Source: Desulfosporosinus sp.
GTDB taxonomy: Bacteria; Bacillota; Desulfitobacteriia; Desulfitobacteriales; Desulfitobacteriaceae
Direction: 5' to 3'
DNA: 64,000 bases
NCBI GenBank assembly: GCA_003513495.1
Contig: DOPM01000043.1
Span: 907-64,906 of the forward strand
In this document: positions 1 to 9,639 of the stretch, one piece after another
How the letters are laid out: every line of letters begins with the position of its first letter
Numbering within the stretch: the stretch's first letter is position 1
The notes under the pieces: model-generated
What the model was told of the DNA's origin: nothing
Databases searched by the model: none
Seen by the model: the letters and a program-made list of their open reading frames with translations, nothing else
Position numbers and translations under genes: made by a program

Positions 1-461
1 AAAGATTCCCCTCCATATTAAAGAAAACTGGGAACAGAACACCGTTTTTTAGACGAAAGATAAAGGTACAGGTTGGATCTACCTATCGGTTATAGCTTTC
101 AGAGCGACACATACGCGCATTGATATAGATACTTACAGCCCGGAAGGGACTACGTTCTTCGTAGGGTTCCATAAGAAGATGAATTAAACACTCCGCTTTT
201 TGTCTATCAACATTCTTACATAAATACCATGGATTTTACTATTTATTGACTATGGGGTTCGGGGGACAAGACCCTCTCTGAACGAGATAGGTTTTTAGGA
301 TATTTTACTTCGACAAAGCTATTTTGTATAAAGTGAAAATTTCTGGTATATTAATGTTAGTTTTGCCTATAGAGAACTATGGAAGTCAGGAGTACCTAAA
401 GAGATAAATATCTGTTATATTTTATCAAGTTTTCAATATCGCAAATTGAGGTGATGGATTT

Positions 462-836
462 ATGCCGAGACCTAGGAAATGTAGAAAAGTGTGTTGTTTG
501 CCAGAAAGCAACCGATTTGGTCCACTCAACACAACCATTAGTCAAGATAATTTTGTTATTATGACTGTAGATGAGTATGAGACAATTCGACTCATTGACT
601 TAGAGGAATATACGCAGGAAGAGTGTGCAGACCAAATGAATATTGCACGCACAACTGTTCAGCGTATCTATACAGATGCAAGAAAAAAACTTGCTGAGTC
701 TCTGGTCAATGGGAAAGTGCTAAGAATAGAAGGTGGAGATTACAGGCTGTGTGAGGGCCATGAAAAATCATGTGGTTGTGGCGGTTGCCGCGGACTTAGA
801 TGCGGGAGAGATTTTATGGAAGATGATAACATGTAA
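462..836 (+). CDS. DUF134/UPF0251-family predicted DNA-binding protein with Cys-rich C-terminal tail
   Basis: 124-aa ORF. N-terminus [15 protein letters not shown] matches the conserved DUF134 start. GAGGTG RBS about 8 nt upstream. C-terminal [18 protein letters not shown] cluster. Confidence 0.7.
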   Translation: MPRPRKCRKVCCLPESNRFGPLNTTISQDNFVIMTVDEYETIRLIDLEEYTQEECADQMNIARTTVQRIYTDARKKLAESLVNGKVLRIEGGDYRLCEGHEKSCGCGGCRGLRCGRDFMEDDNM

Positions 837-879
837 ATAATCGTCAATCTTAAGGGAGTAATATGAAATATACGGGGAT

Positions 880-915
880 AGACCTCTTGGGCAAAACGCT
901 CAGGAGGTCTTATTT
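880..915 (+). terminator. Probable intrinsic terminator after the DUF134 gene
   Basis: AGACCTCTTG (880-889) pairs with CAGGAGGTCT (901-910), one G-T wobble, followed by TATTT. Confidence 0.5.
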
Positions 916-1277
916 AGGTTCGAAAAATAATACCCCCCACCTTTCTATGTCTTTGTGAATACGTTGTTCTTCCACAAGTGCATGAAAGGTCGAGTTAATT
1001 GAAAGATAGCTAATATCATATATTCCTAGAAAGGACGTCGACAAATGAGAGTAATTACATTTCAAGGAGTAATGGGCAGGAACCCCTTTAGCATATATTC
1101 TTGATCAGACAAAATTGAAGGAAAGTACTGTGGATGTTTTCACAGGATCCAATTCAGGTCTTCGACCGGTTATGTATACACAAAAGCTATTGAAGAATAC
1201 TCGATTAATATTCAATGAATTATTGAGTCACTTTAGGAAAAGCTATCTAAGGATTTAATTTGAGGAGGCTTTTTTTA

Positions 1278-1775
1278 ATGAGCAAGGAAATGAAAGAAAT
1301 GAAATCTGTTATTATCGAGGATGCAAAGGCTGATATGGAGGTCGCAAGTGAATTAGGTCATCTAAAAGATAAGTTTTACCAAATGGAACAAGTTCTTATG
1401 AGTTTAAAAAGCCAAACTCTGCAACCTTCTCAGAATCAGCCACAACAACAAGCTCAGGGGCAGCAACAATTGAATCAGCTAGTACAACAAATGAAGCAAT
1501 TCAAGACCCAGTCACAGCAACAACAACAGCAAGCCTTTACTCAATTACAACAGAGCATCCAACAAGGAATGCAAGCCTTGAATCAAGCAGATCAATACAT
1601 TCAATCCACCCAGGTGCTTAATCAAATGAACACTTTTATCGATCAGGCACAACAGCAGCTTCAAAGTATGAGTCAAGGTCAACAAGGCCAACAAGGCATG
1701 CAAGGTCAACAGGGTCAAGGCCAGCAGAATCAACAAAATATGGGCTGGACAAATCAACAACATCAGTTCCAATAA
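1278..1775 (+). CDS. Gln-rich low-complexity protein, function unknown
   Basis: ORF 1260-1775. ATG at 1278 lies 9 nt after GAGGAGG. About 45 aa of ordinary sequence, then about 120 aa dominated by Q with CAA/CAG-rich DNA. A strong terminator follows. Confidence 0.6.
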   Translation: MSKEMKEMKSVIIEDAKADMEVASELGHLKDKFYQMEQVLMSLKSQTLQPSQNQPQQQAQGQQQLNQLVQQMKQFKTQSQQQQQQAFTQLQQSIQQGMQALNQADQYIQSTQVLNQMNTFIDQAQQQLQSMSQGQQGQQGMQGQQGQGQQNQQNMGWTNQQHQFQ

Positions 1776-1901
1776 TACTCAATGTCGACTAGCGAGCGAA
1801 GCTTACGGCATGGGCTGAAAGTGAACGGTATGCTTGAACGGTGTAAACTGTGACTGCTATAGCTCGGCAGATTAAAGTACTTTTGGATACAAGAATTAAA
1901 T

Positions 1902-1940
1902 ACTTTTCGCTGACCCCTTGTCAGCGAAAAGTATTTTTGT
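1902..1940 (+). terminator. Intrinsic terminator
   Basis: Perfect 13-bp stem ACTTTTCGCTGAC (1902-1914) / GTCAGCGAAAAGT (1920-1932), then ATTTTTGT. Confidence 0.85.
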
Positions 1941-2016
1941 TATCATATATCTTGAAAATCAAACATTTTTAATATAAAACAGTATGAATTACTAAATATA
2001 CAAAGGAGGAGTTTTA

Positions 2017-2436
2017 ATGACTATCAATGAAGAATTAACGCATGAACTTTTAGCATTTTTTAATGGGTTTTCATCCTGGGAAAATTCCATCGTGAGATCT
2101 AGTGAGCTCACGGTTTCTGAGGCACATGCTATTGAAGTACTTGGTGAACACGAAAAAATAAATATGAAAGGTTTATCCCAGAAGCTTGGAGTTACAACAG
2201 GTACTACTACCGTAACGGTAGATCGCTTAGAAAAGAAGAATTTTGCTCGCCGGGAATCGACGAAAGAAGATAGACGTGTTAATCTGATCAGTCTTACAGA
2301 TCTAGGGAGAAAGGCTTTTCAGGAACATCATGACTTTCATATGCACTTGACAGAGCAGATGATGTCAGTACTTACCGACGATGAAATAAAGCAGTTTTTG
2401 CATACCTTAAAGAAAATAAATGCTGAAACGTTTTAA
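2017..2436 (+). CDS. MarR-family transcriptional regulator
   Basis: 139 aa. Winged-helix region LSQKLGVTTGTTTVTVDRLEKKNFARRESTKEDRRVNLISLTDLG is typical of MarR. AAGGAGGAG RBS. Confidence 0.85.
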   Translation: MTINEELTHELLAFFNGFSSWENSIVRSSELTVSEAHAIEVLGEHEKINMKGLSQKLGVTTGTTTVTVDRLEKKNFARRESTKEDRRVNLISLTDLGRKAFQEHHDFHMHLTEQMMSVLTDDEIKQFLHTLKKINAETF

Positions 2437-2561
2437 ATACTGTTTATGAATCTTATGCGACTCCTCATTTGAACGGGTTTGATTAATAGAGTCAAGGATG
2501 GGTTACATAAGATTATCCAGAAATTTGTGAAAAAATGTACAAGAGGAGACTTGGTGTAAAA

Positions 2562-4433
2562 ATGACTACTTGGCACATAATTTGGGATAGGCACAAAGGG
2601 TTAATTGTTACGATCTTCAGTTTAGGATTTATTATCATGGCTTGGTATTCAGGTAAATATGGTCGCTCTGAACTCGAAGTTCCCTTTTACCTTTTGGCGT
2701 ATGCCATAGGTGGATATCAGAAAGCCTGGGAAGGTTTGCAGACTCTAATTAAGGAAAAAGATTTGGATGTCGATTTACTGATGGTTGTCGCAGCCATTGG
2801 TGCAGCGAGTATTGGGTTTTGGAGGGATGGAGCAATATTGATCTTAATTTTCTCCTTAAGTGGTGCTTTAGAAGGATATACTCTAGAACGAACGAATGGC
2901 GAAATTAAGTCCATCATGAAGCTACGCCCAGAAGAGGCTATTGTGTTACAAGGGAATGTAGAAAAACGAGTTAGAGTCGAAGAATTAAATCAAGGTGACT
3001 TTTTGTTAGTAAGGCCAGGAGAAAGGATCGCGGCGGACGGGATTGTGCGCGAAGGATATTCCTCTGTAAATCAAGCATCGATTACGGGTGAATCGATTCC
3101 CGTAGATAAATCTACAGGGGACGAAGTTTTTGCTGGAACTATGAATGGACAAGGAGCTTTAGTCATCGAAATGACTAAGCCCGCAGAAGCAACTCTGCTT
3201 GCTAAAATAATTCATCTTGTTCAGGAAGCCCAAAGCGAAAGACCTCCCAGTCAATTATTTATGGAGCGGTTTGAAGGTATTTATGCGAAAATCGTGATCA
3301 TTGGTGCAATTCTGATCGCAGTTCTATCACCTTTTGTTTTAGGATGGTCATGGGATGAAACAATTTATAAAGCGATGATCTTTCTCGTTGTAGCCTCCCC
3401 CTGTGCCTTAGTTTCCTCCATCATGCCAGCTGTTTTATCAGGGATATCGAATGGAGCACGCAAGGGCATCTTATTTAAAGGGGGCGCTTATCTGGAGGCA
3501 ATCGGTAATGTAAGCGTAGTGGCATTTGATAAAACCGGAACTCTCACCGAGGGAATACCGAGGATTACTCGGATAATACCTTATGGAAACTACACGGAAA
3601 ACGAGGTCTTAAGTATTGCAGCCTCCTTGGAGACATGGTCAGAACACCCGATTGCTAAAGCTATAATCCGGGAAGCAAAAGAGAAGGATCTTCACCTGAG
3701 TTCAGCCTCAAAGCTGGAAGCTGTTCCAGGGCTTGGGGTTCAGGGGATAGTAGAGGGGCAGGAATATCGAATAGGAAAACTAGATTTAGTAGGGGGGCAG
3801 AAATTACCGAATGAAGAATTGAAGGTTGTCCGAAAACTGGAGAGGCAAGGGAATACGGTTATTTTTGTTCAGGGGGAGAAAGAACGGATCGGTGTCTTAG
3901 CCGTACAAGATACTTTGCGGTCGCAAGCGAATGAATCTATTAAAAGACTTAAGAAAATGGGGATTAAGGTAGTAATGTTGACAGGTGACAGCTCTTCAAC
4001 TGCCCAAATCATTGGTGAGGAGGCAGGGGTTGATCAGGTATATTCAGACTTACTGCCGGAACATAAAGTGGATATTATCAAAAATTTACAGAAATCTGGA
4101 AAGGTTGCTATGGTCGGCGACGGTGTTAACGATGCACCGGCCTTAGCGGCGGCTTCCGTAGGTATTGCTATGGGTGCTGCCGGAACTGATGTAGCGTTGG
4201 AGACGGCTAATGTGGTCCTTATGGCAGATGATATTTCGAAGGTTTCTTATGCCATTGCCTTAGGGCGGCGTACGACTAAGGTGGTCAAACAAAATGTGAG
4301 CTTCGCTATTGCGGTGATGTTTCTGCTGATCTTGTCTAATTTTTTCGGAAATATTAATTTGCCCTTAGGAGTGATAGGGCACGAAGGAAGTACAATCCTT
4401 GTTATCATGAGTGGGCTGCGGTTACTTCGATAA
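2562..4433 (+). CDS. Heavy-metal P1B-type ATPase, P1B-4-like (SPC / HEGST motifs, no N-terminal metal-binding domain)
   Basis: DKTGTLT phosphorylation motif, GDGVNDAP hinge, TM motif VASPCAL, C-terminal HEGSTILV. Start moved to ATG 2562 (MTTWHIIW), preceded by AGGAGA. The track ORF starts at 2535. Confidence 0.9.
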   Translation: MTTWHIIWDRHKGLIVTIFSLGFIIMAWYSGKYGRSELEVPFYLLAYAIGGYQKAWEGLQTLIKEKDLDVDLLMVVAAIGAASIGFWRDGAILILIFSLSGALEGYTLERTNGEIKSIMKLRPEEAIVLQGNVEKRVRVEELNQGDFLLVRPGERIAADGIVREGYSSVNQASITGESIPVDKSTGDEVFAGTMNGQGALVIEMTKPAEATLLAKIIHLVQEAQSERPPSQLFMERFEGIYAKIVIIGAILIAVLSPFVLGWSWDETIYKAMIFLVVASPCALVSSIMPAVLSGISNGARKGILFKGGAYLEAIGNVSVVAFDKTGTLTEGIPRITRIIPYGNYTENEVLSIAASLETWSEHPIAKAIIREAKEKDLHLSSASKLEAVPGLGVQGIVEGQEYRIGKLDLVGGQKLPNEELKVVRKLERQGNTVIFVQGEKERIGVLAVQDTLRSQANESIKRLKKMGIKVVMLTGDSSSTAQIIGEEAGVDQVYSDLLPEHKVDIIKNLQKSGKVAMVGDGVNDAPALAAASVGIAMGAAGTDVALETANVVLMADDISKVSYAIALGRRTTKVVKQNVSFAIAVMFLLILSNFFGNINLPLGVIGHEGSTILVIMSGLRLLR

Positions 4434-4465
4434 TATTAAGCATGTTGTTTACATTCATTAAACTT

Positions 4466-4516
4466 AGATACCCAAGTATCAATCCGGCTAGGTTGAGACA
4501 TGGGTATCTGATTTTG
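4466..4516 (+). terminator. Possible terminator after the ATPase gene
   Basis: AGATACCCA (4466-4474) / TGGGTATCT (4501-4509), then GATTTTG. The 26-nt loop makes it atypical. Confidence 0.4.
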
Positions 4517-4682
4517 AGGAAATCTTATGTCAAGTAATCTATATAATAAGTCCCATATACCAGTGTGTTAATCAAAAAATTGCATAAAGAGTTTAGTGTT
4601 CATTTTTGAGCTGATCCCCGGGGAAAGAATTAAACGTGTCAAGCTAGGGAAAGATTCGTTCATCTTTAGCTAATCGAGTCCA

Positions 4683-5345
4683 CTATCCAGATCTCCCTAC
4701 ATTAGTCACGTTGGCTCTTTTCGAATTGTATAGATTAATAACTTGGTTTTTAATAATGTTGCACAATGCAGCACTATCTTCTATATGCATTTGTTTAGAT
4801 ATGGTACTATCAAAGAGAATTTGACAAGCTGAAGGTATATCCTCTTCTCCTTCCCAGAACTTGAGAAGGATGGGGATTCTGGGAGCAAAGAACCCTTTGG
4901 CAGTAAGATCGGCCTTGGTTTGGATCAATTCGAACCCCCCTTCAATTAAACAGTGACGCAATATAGCTTTGTCACAACTGGAAAAAAAGTCTCCTAGAAC
5001 TTCAAGTGTATACTTTTTAATGTGTGGATAGAAGACATTTCCGCTGGGTAAATCACGATAGGATACCCATTGACCCGAGAGAGGAAGATTTTGGGCATAG
5101 GATAAATAATTAAGAAGGAGTAATCTCTTATCGAGTGAAAGTGAATTCTCCAAACCCTGAGTCACTATTTGCCCTTCTGGATATGATATTTCAATTATCT
5201 GACCAAAGCATTTGACTGAAAACCAAGAATTTGCAAAGTTGCAAAGTGATTTTTCCATGATAGTTTGAGGGGTTAACTTACTAAGGCTCTCTCTGCTTTT
5301 CATGAATGCGGGTGCATACGCGCCTTCATTATGGTTTTTTGTCAT
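4683..5345 (-). CDS. Hypothetical protein, possibly DUF3786-like
   Basis: ORF 4683-5399. ATG at 5345 (MTKNHNEG) lies 7 nt after GGAGGTGG. The family name comes from memory of similar N-termini and was not verified. Confidence 0.55.
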   Translation of the reverse strand: MTKNHNEGAYAPAFMKSRESLSKLTPQTIMEKSLCNFANSWFSVKCFGQIIEISYPEGQIVTQGLENSLSLDKRLLLLNYLSYAQNLPLSGQWVSYRDLPSGNVFYPHIKKYTLEVLGDFFSSCDKAILRHCLIEGGFELIQTKADLTAKGFFAPRIPILLKFWEGEEDIPSACQILFDSTISKQMHIEDSAALCNIIKNQVINLYNSKRANVTNVGRSG

Positions 5346-5510
5346 ACATGATCCACCTCCAAATATTCCCTGTCCTAAGCTATTCTTTTTCCATCCCAAT
5401 AATCCTCTTCATAGGAAGTATTTTTTGGTGTTTCAAGTTCATATGCTAGCAATTGGTTTTTTACTTGCAATCAAGTACAGTATATTAAATAAAAATGATT
5501 AAGCAGGATG

Positions 5511-5538
5511 TGACGTAATCCGGAAAAAGTTGTATAAT
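5511..5538 (+). promoter_or_regulatory. Candidate sigma-A promoter with extended -10
   Basis: TGACGT (5511-5516), 16 nt spacer, TGTATAAT (5531-5538). Sits about 60 nt upstream of the metallophosphoesterase start. Confidence 0.4.
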
Positions 5539-5596
5539 ACCCCCTGTAGATAATAGCATTTAACCTAATGTCGGAACTCAGGAGGTAGCAATAGAT

Positions 5597-6757
5597 ATGA
5601 CAAGCCCCTTAGTTATTGTAGTGGGTACTGTTATTTTTCTAGTTTACTGTGGACTCAATTACTATATCGGCCTGCGTGGATGGCAGGCCTTATTTAGTTA
5701 TGTGCCTTTTTTAAGCTCTAAAGTATATTGGCTTGTCTTTTTTCTTCTTTCCTTCTCTTATTTAATCAGCCGGTTTAGCGAGAAATTTCTTCCGACGGTG
5801 TTATACGAAGGACTAACAATAGCAGGTGCTTATTGGATCGCTTTTATGTTCTACTTTTTACTACTCATCAGTGTACTAGATCTTCTAGGATTATTTGACC
5901 GCTGGCTAAGGATTGTACCACTGGATATAAAACAGAGTTTAAACCCCTCCTTGGGATTGAGCGTTTTTATCTTAGTCATTGGTATCGTAAGCTACGGAGC
6001 CTGGAATGCCAGTTATCCTAGGATTAATCATTATGATATATCAATTGCAAAACAAGCAGGAGCCTTAAAGCAATTGCAGGTTGTTATGGTTTCAGACATC
6101 CATTTAGGAACAATCGTTCATCATGATCACCTTCTAAAACTAGTCAATAAGGTAAATGGTTTAAAACCTGACCTGATTCTATTTGTGGGGGATGTGTTCG
6201 ATGAAGATATAGAGTCTAAGAATAAACTGCAAATATCAGAAACTTTTCGTGAACTTACATCAACATACGGTTCTTTTGCTGTACTGGGTAACCATGAATA
6301 CATAGGCGGTAATGCAGATGAAGCCATAAAATATTTGGGTGAAGCAGAGGTTAAGGTCTTAAGGGATAGTTCCCAGGAGATTGCCGGAAGTTTCTATCTG
6401 ATTGGGCGAGATGATTTATCAGGGTCACGTTTCAATGGTGTCAAAAGACAAGACTTAAAGGACATAATGCAAGGAGTAAATCGTTCTCTTCCGTTGATAT
6501 TAATGGATCATCAACCTTCACATTTGGAGGAACCAGTTAAACAAGGGGTGGATTTGCAAGTTTCCGGACATACACATAATGGACAAATGTTTCCCATTCA
6601 GTTCATTACGCAGCGAATTTTTGAACAGGACTGGGGATTACTGCACAAAGGTGATTTTCAACTCATTGTATCGTCGGGATATGGGACATGGGGTCCGCCA
6701 ATTCGAATAGGTAATACTCCAGAAATTGTTGATATTACAATTACGTTTAATCAATAA
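5597..6757 (+). CDS. Membrane-anchored calcineurin-like metallophosphoesterase (YkuE-like architecture)
   Basis: N-terminal hydrophobic segments, then the phosphoesterase motifs DIHLG, GDVFD, GNHE and GHTH. AGGAGG RBS. Confidence 0.85.
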   Translation: MTSPLVIVVGTVIFLVYCGLNYYIGLRGWQALFSYVPFLSSKVYWLVFFLLSFSYLISRFSEKFLPTVLYEGLTIAGAYWIAFMFYFLLLISVLDLLGLFDRWLRIVPLDIKQSLNPSLGLSVFILVIGIVSYGAWNASYPRINHYDISIAKQAGALKQLQVVMVSDIHLGTIVHHDHLLKLVNKVNGLKPDLILFVGDVFDEDIESKNKLQISETFRELTSTYGSFAVLGNHEYIGGNADEAIKYLGEAEVKVLRDSSQEIAGSFYLIGRDDLSGSRFNGVKRQDLKDIMQGVNRSLPLILMDHQPSHLEEPVKQGVDLQVSGHTHNGQMFPIQFITQRIFEQDWGLLHKGDFQLIVSSGYGTWGPPIRIGNTPEIVDITITFNQ

Positions 6758-6764
6758 AAAGATA

Positions 6765-6805
6765 AAGAAGCTCTGAAAGAAACATAGTCTTTAGAGCTTC
6801 TTTTT
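6765..6805 (+). terminator. Intrinsic terminator
   Basis: AAGAAGCTCTGAAAGA (6765-6780) / TCTTTAGAGCTTCTT (6788-6802), one bulge, then TTTA. Confidence 0.75.
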
Positions 6806-6832
6806 AAAGTTCTTATTTTACCCAGTTTAACG

Positions 6833-6889
6833 TTGACTGAAGGGGAGATAAGTGATACTATATTCACAAGTTAATGATACTGATTATCA
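6833..6889 (+). promoter_or_regulatory. Candidate promoter (TTGACT-17-TACTAT) with an overlapping Fur-like 7-1-7 box
   Basis: TTGACT 6833-6838 and TACTAT 6856-6861. TGATACTGATTATCA at 6875-6889 has one mismatch to the Bacillus Fur 7-1-7 consensus TGATAATnATTATCA. Confidence 0.4.
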
Positions 6890-7171
6890 ATTGCAGAGCT
6901 TGTTAATAGGGGTGATAAAAATGCGGACACAATAGAAGTAAAAGTTTGCGGGCATGAACAGCTCAGGGAGGATTATTAGTAAAATATTGTGAAGTAAGGT
7001 GCACCTGAAGTAAGGAAGGGGCATTTTTTTAGAGATATACTTGATAATTGCTTTCAATTACATAATCGGGGTTGAGTAGCTCGAGTTTACACTGTTTGGT
7101 ATATAAAGTAACAATTCGGACATCCGCGGATCTGGGGGAGTAGGAAAGAAATATTTAGGAGGGGTTAGACC

Positions 7172-7477
7172 ATGAGTATAGTATTGGTAGGTGGTCATGA
7201 CAGAATGCATAGCGAATATATGGGAATCTGCTCTAAGCGTGGGCACAGTGTAAAAGTCTATACCCAGATGCCTACTAAGTTTGATAAAGTGATCGGATCG
7301 CCTGATGGAATTGTTTTATTTACTTCGACAGTCTCTCATAAAATGATTCACACGGCAGTTAAAGAAGCGAAAAGAAAGAAAATACCAGTATTCAGAAGTC
7401 ATAGCAGCAGTGGTGCTTCCTTAGACAGACTGCTTAACGAACTTGAAGATACGATCGTTCAGAATTACGGGACATAA
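7172..7477 (+). CDS. DUF2325-family protein
   Basis: 101 aa. MSIVLVGGHDRM...DGIVLFTSTVSHKM...KKIPV fits the DUF2325 pattern as I remember it. AGGAGGGG RBS. Confidence 0.6.
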   Translation: MSIVLVGGHDRMHSEYMGICSKRGHSVKVYTQMPTKFDKVIGSPDGIVLFTSTVSHKMIHTAVKEAKRKKIPVFRSHSSSGASLDRLLNELEDTIVQNYGT

Positions 7478-7512
7478 GCTGCTAATCGACGATTCAAGTG
7501 GAGGAAACGTCA

Positions 7513-8211
7513 ATGTTTCAATTCATACAAAGACTTTTAAAACCGCAACACTTCCACGATATCATTGAGTGTTTAGCAGCTGCTCTGGAAGCGAAAGATT
7601 TATATACAAGCGGTCATTCTACTAGGGTGGGGGATATGTCCTATGATTTGGGGCGCACCATGGGGCTTAAAGGTTCAGAACTAGAAAATATTCATATAGC
7701 AGCACATCTTCATGATATTGGTAAGATGGGTATTTCAGAAAGCATTTTAAACAAAAGAGGTACACTTCTACCTCATGAATGGGCTCAAATACAAAACCAT
7801 TCAGAGATTGGCTATAAAATTCTAGCCAAATCAAAAGGGCTTAAACAAATCGCTGAAATTGTGCTTCACCATCATGAGCGATGGGACGGGAAAGGTTACC
7901 CTAATGGCTTACGAAAGAATGAAATACCATTGGGTTCAAGAATTATTGGGGTGGCTGATGCTATAGACGCAATTACTTCGATACGACCCTATCGAAAAGC
8001 TTTATCTTGGGAGGAATGCTGGGATGAGGTAATTCTAAACAAAGGAATACAATTCGACCCAGTGGTTGTAGAAGCGTCAGAAAAGCTGTGGAAAAAATGG
8101 AGAGACAGATGGCTGGAGTCTCAAAAGAATCATGACAAGGAAATTGAAGGTTATGTGAGTAAGTTCTTACATATAGAAGAGAAACTTTACCGAAAGCCTA
8201 ATGAGTTATGA
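7513..8211 (+). CDS. HD-GYP domain protein (probable c-di-GMP phosphodiesterase)
   Basis: HDIGK and HHHERWDGKGYP motifs. ATG 7513 follows GGAGGA. The track ORF starts at GTG 7498. Confidence 0.85.
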   Translation: MFQFIQRLLKPQHFHDIIECLAAALEAKDLYTSGHSTRVGDMSYDLGRTMGLKGSELENIHIAAHLHDIGKMGISESILNKRGTLLPHEWAQIQNHSEIGYKILAKSKGLKQIAEIVLHHHERWDGKGYPNGLRKNEIPLGSRIIGVADAIDAITSIRPYRKALSWEECWDEVILNKGIQFDPVVVEASEKLWKKWRDRWLESQKNHDKEIEGYVSKFLHIEEKLYRKPNEL

Positions 8212-8250
8212 ATAGAATAAATACATATGTAAATGAGTTTACTATAGGGA

Positions 8251-8297
8251 ATCATGAAGGAAGGGGAGCGTTTAATACGCTCCCCTTCCTTCATGAT
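8251..8297. terminator. Bidirectional terminator between convergent genes
   Basis: Perfect 20-bp stem ATCATGAAGGAAGGGGAGCG (8251-8270) / CGCTCCCCTTCCTTCATGAT (8278-8297), 7-nt loop. Confidence 0.8.
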
Positions 8298-8316
8298 ATA
8301 TAATTTTGCAAACTTC

Positions 8317-9513
8317 CTACTTAAGTGCTTCCCCGACACTCCGACCGAGTTCCAGACAACTTGCTGCTGCATCGCTATCCGGATTCCAGGTTACCCTTAG
8401 GCCTTCATTTAGAAGTTCAAATCCGCCTTTGCTTAATTCAGAGGAAATGAGTTTAGTGTTTTCACCACTCCAGCCATAACTACCAAAGGCAACCGCTTTT
8501 TTGTTTTTAAATCCTAAACCTTTAATCATTTCTAGAATCCCAGCAACGGAGAAGAGGATGCCTTTATTGATAGTCGGTGAACCTACAATAATCGCCTTTG
8601 ACTTAAAGACTTCAGAAATGATATCGTTTTTATCTGTGTGAGTAGAGTTGCAATTAAACAACTTTACGGTTACAGTTTTGTTACTTTGTTTGATTCCGGC
8701 GGCTATTGTCTCGGCCATATGTCGGGTACTGTTCCACATTGTGTCATAGATGATAGTAATTTGATTTTCTTGGTAATCCTTTGCCCATCCCATATACTTG
8801 TCAACTATTTGCAAAGGATTATCCCGCCAGATAACACCATGACTTGGACAAATCATATCCACAGGTAGGTTGAAGCTTAAGATTTCATTAATTTTATTTT
8901 CTACCATTTTACTGAACGGAGTTAAGATATTGGCATAATATTTAAGAGCTTCTTGATATAGCTCGGCTTGGTCGACTAAGTCATTAAACATATGCTCTGA
9001 TGCCAAATGCTGGCCAAATCCGTCATTGCTGAAAAGAATATTATCCCCGGTCATATAAGTAAACATGGTGTCAGGCCAATGAAGCATTCTAGCCTCAACA
9101 AAAATAAATTCTTTTGAGCCAAGACTTAGTTTGTCCCCCGTTTTGACGGGTATAAAGTTCCAATCCTGATGATACTGGCCTTTTAAGGACTTAATGGCAT
9201 TAGCGGTACAGTAGATAGGGGTGTTGGGAATTTCTCTCATTAATTCGGGTAAAGCTCCACTATGATCGGGTTCACCGTGATTCGCAATGATGTAATCGAT
9301 CGAATTTAGGTCGATTTCTTGTTTCAGTTTAGAGACAAATTCCTTGGCAAAAGGAGTCCAAACAGTATCAATGAGGGCTGTTTTTTCATCACGGACAAGG
9401 AACGAATTGTAGCTGGAACCTCGATGTGTAGAGTACTCGTCACCGTGGAACTTTTGCAATTCCCAGTCGATTTTACCTACCCATTTTACACTCTTGTTAA
9501 TTTCAAAACTCAT
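8317..9513 (-). CDS. Flavodiiron protein (FprA-type O2/NO reductase)
   Basis: Metallo-beta-lactamase-like di-iron motif HGEPDHSG plus a C-terminal flavodoxin-like domain. ATG 9513 (MSFEINK) follows AGGAGG. Confidence 0.9.
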   Translation of the reverse strand: MSFEINKSVKWVGKIDWELQKFHGDEYSTHRGSSYNSFLVRDEKTALIDTVWTPFAKEFVSKLKQEIDLNSIDYIIANHGEPDHSGALPELMREIPNTPIYCTANAIKSLKGQYHQDWNFIPVKTGDKLSLGSKEFIFVEARMLHWPDTMFTYMTGDNILFSNDGFGQHLASEHMFNDLVDQAELYQEALKYYANILTPFSKMVENKINEILSFNLPVDMICPSHGVIWRDNPLQIVDKYMGWAKDYQENQITIIYDTMWNSTRHMAETIAAGIKQSNKTVTVKLFNCNSTHTDKNDIISEVFKSKAIIVGSPTINKGILFSVAGILEMIKGLGFKNKKAVAFGSYGWSGENTKLISSELSKGGFELLNEGLRVTWNPDSDAAASCLELGRSVGEALK

Positions 9514-9639
9514 GATGCAACCTCCTGAATTTAATTTAATAGTAAAACTCCAACTTTCTAGTGGGAGTGGCACCCCGTTCTGCTTTTAGACATTCGATGT
9601 TCGCCTTTTTAAGAAATTTCAATTGGAATAAATTTAGAG

